Part shown: one piece after another, positions 8,569 to 15,250 of the stretch
How positions within the stretch are numbered: position 1 is the first letter of the stretch
Layout of the letters: each line of letters starts with the position of its first letter
NCBI GenBank assembly: GCA_041663305.1
Contig: JBAYMT010000003.1
Location: forward strand, 17,949-81,948
From: Minisyncoccota bacterium
GTDB lineage: Bacteria > Patescibacteriota > Minisyncoccia > Minisyncoccales > Minisyncoccaceae
DNA: 64,000 nucleotides
Reading direction: 5' to 3'
The notes under the pieces: model-generated
What the model was told of the DNA's origin: nothing
The model's database searches: none
The model's input: the letters and a program-made list of their open reading frames with translations, nothing else
Translations under genes and position numbers: made by a program

Positions 8569-9459
8569 ATGAACAAAAAAATATTAATATTTGGAGTCAT
8601 CATTATTTTAGTTTTTGTTGGTTCTCTAGTATATTTTAATGATTTTAACAAAAAACAAAATCAGCCACCCGTTGCGCAAGTAACATATATTTGTAACGAC
8701 AACAAAACGATAAATGCAACTTATTACAAGGGCGAAACCAAAACCGTAAAACCAGGAGAACAACCAATTCAAACCGGCAGTGTAAATATAGTTTTAAGCG
8801 ATGGTCGTGCTTTAAACTTATTACAAACTATTTCCGCAGACGGATCACGCTACGCTAATAGCGATGAAACTTTTGTTTTTTGGGGGAAAGGAAACGGCGC
8901 CCTTGTACTAGAAAATAATATTGAAAAAAACTACATAGGGTGCGTGATAGAAGCTAAAGATCCAGGAGAACTGCCCAATATTTACCATGATGGTACGGTT
9001 GGTTTTTCAATCCGCTATCCAAGTGGATATTCAGTCAATCCCGATTATCAATACCAAGCCCTTGGTCCAAACAAGGAAATACACGGAACAAAATTTACGG
9101 TTTCTCCAAATATTACAAACGGTACCAACTTATCAAATGACACGGGAATTTCTATCGAGATCATTCCAAATGCTCAAAACTGCAATGCCGGGCTTTTCCT
9201 TCTTGATAATTCAAATGTTAAAACAATAACCGACAATAACACTGAATATTCCTTTGCCTCATCTAGTGATGCTGCCGCCGGCAATAGATATGAAGAAAGT
9301 GTTTGGGCGTTTTCAAACACCAATTCGTGTATTGCTATCCGCTACTTCATTCATTATGGAGCTATTGAAAATTACCCTCAAGACACAATTCAAGAATTTA
9401 ATAAAACATTACTAATCAATCAATTTGATAAGATACGTCAAACACTTATTGTTCAATAA
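8569..9459 (+). CDS. membrane-anchored protein with MliC-like (lysozyme-inhibitor) domain plus C-terminal orphan domain
   Basis: Start moved to MNKKILIFGVIIILVFVG (signal anchor). VTYICNDNKTINATYYKG...VNIVLSDGRALNLLQTISADGSRYANSDETFVFWGKGNGALVLEN fits the MliC pattern (Y.C....v.......L.q..SASGarY......fW.KG.ea.l). Confidence 0.65.
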   Translation: MNKKILIFGVIIILVFVGSLVYFNDFNKKQNQPPVAQVTYICNDNKTINATYYKGETKTVKPGEQPIQTGSVNIVLSDGRALNLLQTISADGSRYANSDETFVFWGKGNGALVLENNIEKNYIGCVIEAKDPGELPNIYHDGTVGFSIRYPSGYSVNPDYQYQALGPNKEIHGTKFTVSPNITNGTNLSNDTGISIEIIPNAQNCNAGLFLLDNSNVKTITDNNTEYSFASSSDAAAGNRYEESVWAFSNTNSCIAIRYFIHYGAIENYPQDTIQEFNKTLLINQFDKIRQTLIVQ

Positions 9460-9503
9460 ATAATATTTTACTAAAATAATACTCTACTTTTTTTATCATT
9501 TTC

Positions 9504-9598
9504 TTGTCATTGCGCACCCCCTCTGTCATTGCGAGCTCCGCCTCAGGCGAACGAAGGCTGTGTCCTCCGTAGCCTTATAGCAAAGGAGGAAGCAATCT
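9504..9598 (+). repeat. nested-hairpin intergenic repeat, locus A (TGTCATTGCG... / ACCCCCTCTGTCATTGCGAG ... GGAAGCAATCT)
   Basis: 5' frame CTGTCATTGCGAG and 3' frame GAAGCAATCT (ATTGC/GCAAT can pair) enclose two hairpin modules: CGCC-TCA-GGCG and TCCTCC...GGAGGA. Ends 8 nt before the promoter of 9656. Confidence 0.85.
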
Positions 9599-9606
9599 AT
9601 TTTATC

Positions 9607-9635
9607 TTTACAAAATTAGGAAAATAAACTATAAA
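9607..9635 (+). promoter_or_regulatory. sigma70-like promoter TTTACA-N17-TATAAA
   Basis: Immediately 3' of repeat locus A and 20 nt upstream of ATG 9656 (AGAGGA SD between). Confidence 0.5.
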
Positions 9636-9655
9636 TCAAACCAGAGGAAACCAAA

Positions 9656-9853
9656 ATGGAAACATGTATTAGATGCGGAGGGGAAGCTAAATCGTTTTTC
9701 AGATCAGGCACAGTCGGAAATCAGGTCTGGTTCAGGTGTCAAAAATGCGAAACAGAATGGCAGGATCATTGCCACACCTGCGGAAGCCTAATGGAAATTC
9801 ACTGTTCCCTAGACGACGCATTTGCCACCTGCGTAGTATGTGGTGGTCAATAA
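9656..9853 (+). CDS. small double zinc-ribbon protein (65 aa)
   Basis: CIRCGG...CQKC...CHTCG...CVVCGG gives four CxxC pairs. Has its own TTTACA-N17-TATAAA promoter, AGAGGA SD and hairpin terminator. Confidence 0.6.
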   Translation: METCIRCGGEAKSFFRSGTVGNQVWFRCQKCETEWQDHCHTCGSLMEIHCSLDDAFATCVVCGGQ

Positions 9854-9854
9854 A

Positions 9855-9878
9855 AAGCAGTAACCTGCTTATTTTTTT
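9855..9878 (+). terminator. intrinsic terminator
   Basis: AAGCAG-TAAC-CTGCTT followed by T7. Confidence 0.75.
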
Positions 9879-9887
9879 ATCTTTTAT

Positions 9888-10135
9888 TGTCATTGCGCAG
9901 CCTCTGTCATTGCGAGTTCCGCCTTAGGCGGACGAAGACTGTGTCCTCCGTAGCCTTGGCGAAGGAGGACTGTGTCCACCGAAGCTTTCTTGTTCACCGT
10001 AGTCTTGACGAAGGAGAAAGCGTAGGTGGAAGCAATCTATTTACCTCGCCTGTCATTCCCGATTTAGTCGGGAATCTACAAAAATGCCTTAAGCCTGCAA
10101 AGCAGACTATTTATCTCGCCTCAGGCGGACAAAGT
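9888..10135 (+). repeat. nested-hairpin intergenic repeat, locus B (several units)
   Basis: TTGTCATTGCGC + CTGTCATTGCGAG - TCCGCC-TTA-GGCGGA - TCCTCC..GGAGGA - TCCACC..[nested insert]..GGTGGA - AGCAATCT (to 10038). Then variant unit TGTCATTCCCGA-TTTA-TCGGGAATCT (10051-10077), then a further hairpin module. Confidence 0.85.
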
Positions 10136-10139
10136 ACCA

Positions 10140-10244
10140 ATTACTAGTTACTAATTCCTAATTACTAAAATTAAACAATTACTAGTTACAAATTACTGAT
10201 TACTAATGTTTTACCAATTACTAATTCCTAATCACTAACTCACA
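10140..10244 (+). repeat. phased heptamer array, 12 x (A/G)TTACTA-like, in 3 blocks of 4
   Basis: Block 1, 10140-10167: ATTACTA GTTACTA ATTCCTA ATTACTA. 10-nt spacer. Block 2, 10178-10205: ATTACTA GTTACAA ATTACTG ATTACTA. 11-nt spacer. Block 3, 10217-10244: ATTACTA ATTCCTA ATCACTA ACTCACA. Abuts TTGACA at 10245. Confidence 0.85.
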
Positions 10245-10321
10245 TTGACAAAACCACCCAAATATCCCATTGTATAAAAGTCTAAAAAGACACTAGTACA
10301 TTACAAAAAAGGAGGAAAAGA

Positions 10322-10852
10322 ATGCCGATTTGCTATATTCATGGTATTAACTACACCACCGAAGATATTCTGGAAAAAATGCGGGAAGAAATCATAACCG
10401 CAATAATTTCCATTCCCGAGCTTGGTCTCAACGAAGACATGGTTTCCGTCTTCTTCCCAGCAGACCAACGCTACATCATGAACGAAGGAGTTTCCATTAC
10501 TATTATGGGACTCTACGATAAGCCCGAGCGCACCGAAGAGGTACGAAACATTTTGGCCAGAAATGTTGGAAAGACCATTGAAACCTGGCTCCCCGGAATT
10601 CAAATCGAATGTCTTATTTTTCCATTCATCCCTGCTCAAGGCTTCTGGTGTTCTCAAGATGAGCTCCGCTGCACACATTGCCGACACGAAATCGCCTGGA
10701 CCATGTCCACTACGGTAATACTCCCCACCGAATGTAATGGAGAAATTGAAGTCATCGGGTATCCTTGCCAAACCTGTGGCACACTCCACGAAAAGGACGG
10801 AAAGCCTATTATGAAAGATGGAAAACCTGTCACACTGAAAGACGTAATATAA
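10322..10852 (+). CDS. Pro-1 tautomerase-like N-domain fused to zinc-ribbon C-domain (hypothetical)
   Basis: AAGGAGG SD 7 nt upstream and a CAGAATC-AAA-GATTCTG+T7 terminator after the stop. MPICYIHGINYTTEDILEKMREEIITAI...MVSVFF resembles the 4-OT beta-alpha-beta unit. C-terminus has CTHC...CQTCG. Confidence 0.65.
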   Translation: MPICYIHGINYTTEDILEKMREEIITAIISIPELGLNEDMVSVFFPADQRYIMNEGVSITIMGLYDKPERTEEVRNILARNVGKTIETWLPGIQIECLIFPFIPAQGFWCSQDELRCTHCRHEIAWTMSTTVILPTECNGEIEVIGYPCQTCGTLHEKDGKPIMKDGKPVTLKDVI

Positions 10853-10877
10853 CAGAATCAAAGATTCTGCTTTTTTT
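10853..10877 (+). terminator. intrinsic terminator
   Basis: CAGAATC-AAA-GATTCTG followed by T7. Confidence 0.8.
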
Positions 10878-10929
10878 ATTAAAGCCCACAACACTTCCAA
10901 TTTTTCCCAAAAAAATAAAGGCAATCGCC

Positions 10930-11370
10930 TTATGAAATTTTCTTTTTTAAATACGGCCAGAACGTTTTCGCCGTATGCGGATCACTTTCGATCGTGATGT
11001 CAATGAGATAAATTATTGCCTCAAGCGAAGCCGCCTCCAGGATTTCATTCGGAATACCCGAAAGCGCCTTGACCGGTTTTCCATCATTCATGTAAAGCCG
11101 AATCACCATGTCGGCTTCGTCCACCGAAATCGGAGACTCTGCTTTTCTTTTTAGCTTTATAAAGCTTGTGATCTCACTGATGTCTCCAAGAAGCTCCTGG
11201 GCAAAAGCCGAGACAAACGCCTTAGATATGTTCAGCCTCATCACTACGTCAATCGCAGTCGTCAGGCCATCATTGCCACTTTCCAAAACCTTAACAACTG
11301 TTTCCTCATCCGACGCTCCAACAACCTTGTTTAGGTTTTCAATAAGTCTTTTTAATTTTTCACTATCCAT
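10930..11370 (-). CDS. hypothetical protein
   Basis: Clean 146-aa ORF, helical-looking, GGAG-type SD region. No motif recognised. Confidence 0.5.
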   Translation of the reverse strand: MDSEKLKRLIENLNKVVGASDEETVVKVLESGNDGLTTAIDVVMRLNISKAFVSAFAQELLGDISEITSFIKLKRKAESPISVDEADMVIRLYMNDGKPVKALSGIPNEILEAASLEAIIYLIDITIESDPHTAKTFWPYLKKKIS

Positions 11371-11564
11371 TCTAAAACTCCTTGGCCAAAGCCACTACCA
11401 ATTCAATACCCTAAACCAGCACTTATGTCAAATTCGCAAGACATCCATTACTACACAACAAGCTTTTGTAAAAAAACGACCCACCATTTAAGGCGAGTCA
11501 TAGTTTGTACAATTATTAATATAGTTATAGTATTAAAGTATATTTCAATATACTTTTTGTTTTT

Positions 11565-12311
11565 ATGCAACCTAAAATATCATTTAAAGTAGATAAAGAA
11601 AAAGATTTTTTATCATATAAGGCATTTTTAAATGATGCCGAATATAACAAACTGATCTTAGATTGGGCTTTTTTTAATAAACACCCTAACTTGAAAAACT
11701 CCATTAAAGAAAGTGACGGTCATTTTATCGGAAACGACAATTCTATTAAAAAATTTATCAACGAATATTATTCAAACAACCTGAATAGCATAAAGAGCAA
11801 TATGAAGGAATATGAAAGAATATGGAATACAAAAAAAGATGAATACTTCAAGCTAGTTTCCGAACTATTTAGTAATGATTATTGGCCAAAGGGGGAATAC
11901 GTTGCATATTCTACAATATGGGGACTATTCCCAAGATTCTTAGAAGAAAAGTCATTCCAAATTCCAGCAATTTACGAAAAAAAAGACTACATTCAAGTAA
12001 TTATTGCCCACGAAATGTTACATTTCATATTCTATAACTACTTTTTGAAAAACTACCCAAAATACAATATGGAAGGTGATGATTTTTTTATATGGCACAT
12101 CTCCGAAATCTTCAATTCAATAATACAAAATTCCAAATCCTGGCTTAATGAGTTTAAAACAGAAGCCCAAACATATCCCGAGCACGATAAAATTATCGAA
12201 AATTTAGAAAAAAAGTATAAAAATAGCTCAAACTTCGAAACCAAGGAACTAATTGAAGATATCCTAAGTGAAGTAAAGAAAAATCCAAACTTGTACTCCT
12301 TTGAAAATTAA
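11565..12311 (+). CDS. hypothetical protein with HExxH motif (putative zinc-metallopeptidase-like)
   Basis: IIAHEMLHFIF is the only recognisable motif. Lies immediately upstream of the HEPN-motif trio. Confidence 0.5.
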   Translation: MQPKISFKVDKEKDFLSYKAFLNDAEYNKLILDWAFFNKHPNLKNSIKESDGHFIGNDNSIKKFINEYYSNNLNSIKSNMKEYERIWNTKKDEYFKLVSELFSNDYWPKGEYVAYSTIWGLFPRFLEEKSFQIPAIYEKKDYIQVIIAHEMLHFIFYNYFLKNYPKYNMEGDDFFIWHISEIFNSIIQNSKSWLNEFKTEAQTYPEHDKIIENLEKKYKNSSNFETKELIEDILSEVKKNPNLYSFEN

Positions 12312-12479
12312 CTCATTTGCATTCCAAAACCAAAAGTAGTATAACAAAGGCAACGAGACGCCAGACGCCCCAATTATTTAAACGAATAGGGAACATGTGC
12401 TCACATCCCTCAAATTCCAGTATTCTAATTATCAATACTTAATTTTTAAGCATCTCTTTTGAGATGCTTTTTCAAAAAA

Positions 12480-13079
12480 ATGGAAAAAGAAGATCTTCTA
12501 AGCCAAATTGATCGGATATTATCAAATTTCAATCGAGAAGGAATCTCCGAGGCAGTCGAACTATTAAGAATATATGCCGGCGAAAAAAGCTCGTTTTATA
12601 AAGGAATCGCAGAACTAAAACCAGAATTATACTGGCATGAACCAACGGTAGAAACTGCAAAAGGGTTTTTAATCGGATTTAAAAACTTCTTAACAAGTGG
12701 ACTCAATCAAGGAATTTCAATAGAAAGAAAAGTTCAGATTGACACAGTTTCAGACTTACTAGAACAAGCTAATATATTACTTATTTCAAAAGAAATTCAT
12801 CCAGCAGCACCCACTATGATTATGGGCGCAGCTTTAGAAGAATTCTTAAGAAATTGGACTGAAGAAGTCATGATTTCTGTAGAAAAAAAAGGAATTGACT
12901 CTTACGCAAAAGCATTACGAGAAAATGAGCTAATAGATAAACAAGACTATAAAGATATAACCTCATGGGCTGGTTTAAGAAATAGTGCAGCTCACGGAAT
13001 ATGGAACGAGGTGGAGGATAAAAAAAGAATAGGTATTATGTTAGAAGGAATTAATTTATTTATGAGAAAATATATATAG
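12480..13079 (+). CDS. HEPN-like domain protein (Rx4H)
   Basis: Start moved to MEKEDLL, because the listed start lies inside a 9-bp hairpin (AAGCATCTC/GAGATGCTT). C-terminal half GAALEEFLRNW...ITSWAGLRNSAAHG carries the HEPN Rx4-6H signature. Confidence 0.6.
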   Translation: MEKEDLLSQIDRILSNFNREGISEAVELLRIYAGEKSSFYKGIAELKPELYWHEPTVETAKGFLIGFKNFLTSGLNQGISIERKVQIDTVSDLLEQANILLISKEIHPAAPTMIMGAALEEFLRNWTEEVMISVEKKGIDSYAKALRENELIDKQDYKDITSWAGLRNSAAHGIWNEVEDKKRIGIMLEGINLFMRKYI

Positions 13080-13107
13080 ACTTAGAAAGTTAAAACTAAA
13101 ATAAAAA

Positions 13108-13896
13108 ATGGATAACAAAAACATAGACAATATAAACTGGAAAGATAAATCGATATTTATATTAGGATTTCTCGCTATTTTTGTTGCATTAGCACCTTTT
13201 AAAGATGATCTATCTAACATTAAAGTATTAAGCAATCCAGACTTAACTTTATGGAATTTATTGCTAGTATTTATTGTTATTTTGGTAGTCTCAATTTACT
13301 TATACGCATTAAATTATATCAAATACATCTTAGGAAAGTATCAAAATAGTATAATATTTAAAATAATTACAGCTTTAGCAGAATTCTGTTATCTGCTCGC
13401 TTTACTGCTTCCAATTATTATAGTTTTATGGATACTAATGACAAAATTACCATATAGTCCAATTAGTAGCAACAATTGGTCTATTATATTGTCGATAATA
13501 AGCATACTTACAACAATTTTTGCGACTTATAAAATTTTTAAAGTAAAAAAGGAAGCGCTACTAGAACTAGTAGAAGGAAAAAGGATAGTGTATTTAGATA
13601 ATGCATTAAATTTATACTCTAATGGATTTTACGCCGAAACAATCATAGAAATTGGAAAGGTTCTTGAAATATATTTAAAGAAAAAATTACTAGAAAAAGG
13701 ATTAACCTCTAACTATATGTCATTAGGAAAACTTATAAGATTTTCTAACGATGAAAATATAATAAATAGAAAATATTCATCCAGGATTGCAGACATTGTT
13801 GGAATGAGAAATAGCGCAGTTCACTCTCAAAAAACAATAAGTAAAAAAGATGCCGACCTTGCAATCGAGACAATAAAAGAAATATTACTCTCCTAA
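13108..13896 (+). CDS. multi-pass membrane protein with C-terminal HEPN-like domain (Rx4H)
   Basis: Four hydrophobic helices in residues ~15-135. C-terminal ETIIEIGKVLEIYLKKKL...IADIVGMRNSAVHS. Confidence 0.6.
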   Translation: MDNKNIDNINWKDKSIFILGFLAIFVALAPFKDDLSNIKVLSNPDLTLWNLLLVFIVILVVSIYLYALNYIKYILGKYQNSIIFKIITALAEFCYLLALLLPIIIVLWILMTKLPYSPISSNNWSIILSIISILTTIFATYKIFKVKKEALLELVEGKRIVYLDNALNLYSNGFYAETIIEIGKVLEIYLKKKLLEKGLTSNYMSLGKLIRFSNDENIINRKYSSRIADIVGMRNSAVHSQKTISKKDADLAIETIKEILLS

Positions 13897-13993
13897 GTCA
13901 AATTTAGTAAATTACATTAAATACAAAAATTTTTAAAGAAAATGTTTGCCCAAATTGCAAAACACCTATCAATTAACCCCTAAAACATAAAAA

Positions 13994-14602
13994 ATGAACA
14001 CAGATTACGAAATAGACGAATTGGACAGGTTTATCGATATTGTCCGCTCTTTCTACGAAAAGGATGGATTTAATGCTCTTTATATTAAGCTGTTTTCATT
14101 GCGCGATTACTTTCGATATTCCGTCTCAGAAATTCGCACTCAAGAAGAAAATCTAGAACTAATGAAAAATGGTGAACATAACAATTTTGCAACAAACGAA
14201 GAATATCAGGAATCAGAAATGCGAATTTTTTCATGTGCAATAAGTTCCTATGGACACATGAGAACCTGTCTCCATTTCGTAAGAATGATATGTAAAGAAA
14301 AAGACGACCCACAGTTACTAGCAATAAGAGAAAAATATAAAAAATGGGCCGAAAATTTAGTTGACAAGAGGGATCGAATTCAAGCTCATCCCCATGAAGA
14401 ATGGGCAATAGCAGGCGAAGTATCTGGGAGAAATAGCAACGGAGAAGTATACTTTAATACAAGAGATTTTACTAAGTCTAGCAAGAGTAGGAAAATAACA
14501 CTCACTCCTAGAAAAGATTTAGAAATTTTAAGAAGTTATTTAAAAGAAATTTCCATATATTTTATTAACGTACTATCTCAAAACCACCAGGTTAAGAGTT
14601 AG
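13994..14602 (+). CDS. HEPN-like (AbiU2-like?) protein
   Basis: VDKRDRIQAHPHEE carries Rx5H in a helical context near the C-terminal third. Weaker than the two preceding genes. Confidence 0.45.
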   Translation: MNTDYEIDELDRFIDIVRSFYEKDGFNALYIKLFSLRDYFRYSVSEIRTQEENLELMKNGEHNNFATNEEYQESEMRIFSCAISSYGHMRTCLHFVRMICKEKDDPQLLAIREKYKKWAENLVDKRDRIQAHPHEEWAIAGEVSGRNSNGEVYFNTRDFTKSSKSRKITLTPRKDLEILRSYLKEISIYFINVLSQNHQVKS

Positions 14603-14768
14603 TCAATTATCAGAGCACTCCCATCCCAAAATGGGAGTTTTTTATATATAAAATCAAGTCCCTTTACACTTTTTTACAATTTTAGGCTATTACAAAAACA
14701 CATTTCAAGTTGAGATGTTAATTTTTTACTGGACAATATTTAAATATATTATATAGTATAAAAGCACT

Positions 14769-15122
14769 ATGAAAGGATTATGCGTTATTATTAAGGGTGT
14801 AATAAGCCCCGAAGACTGCCCAGAGCATCCAGCATATGTTCATGTCATAGCTCCGTCAGTAAAAGAAGCAAAAGACTGTATTCGTAATTTTTTTGAAGAG
14901 TTTCGTGCCAGTGTAGGAGAGGAGATTCTGCTAAAGATAAAATATATCCCAACGGAAGTTCTCGTCCACACACTAGACAAAAGCGAAATAATCGCATACG
15001 ATCTCGGAACCCTAAAAGATGACGGAACGTATGAGTGTTCTGGATTCGCTAGTATGCCAGACTATTTGTCTGATGCGTACCTTAGAATGAGTCTTGAAGA
15101 GTGCTTTGAACAAAAGGGTTGA
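14769..15122 (+). CDS. hypothetical protein
   Basis: 117-aa ORF downstream of a conserved promoter-like box. No motif recognised. Confidence 0.5.
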   Translation: MKGLCVIIKGVISPEDCPEHPAYVHVIAPSVKEAKDCIRNFFEEFRASVGEEILLKIKYIPTEVLVHTLDKSEIIAYDLGTLKDDGTYECSGFASMPDYLSDAYLRMSLEECFEQKG

Positions 15123-15250
15123 TATCTTATCTTAAAGATAATTTAATCGCCCTATTTTTTTTACAAACTCTCGCAATTTGACAAATGACAAATTCTCTAA
15201 TATAAAATTAGTAATATTGGCGTGGTTAATAACCGCACCTATTTTTTTAT

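Noticed and set aside
9887-10147. ORFs 9736..9927, 9887..10147, 36097..36354 (tail) and 36472..36747 translating the intergenic repeats
   Set aside because: They are made of the nested-hairpin repeat units (for example SLRVPP, VALAKED). Equivalent frames open on both strands at several loci, and none has translation signals.
10301-10924. 207-aa minus-strand ORF covering the same DNA as the 176-aa plus-strand ORF
   Set aside because: The plus-strand frame has an AAGGAGG SD at the right distance, a clean terminator right after its stop, and recognisable motifs. The minus frame has none of these and would read through that terminator.
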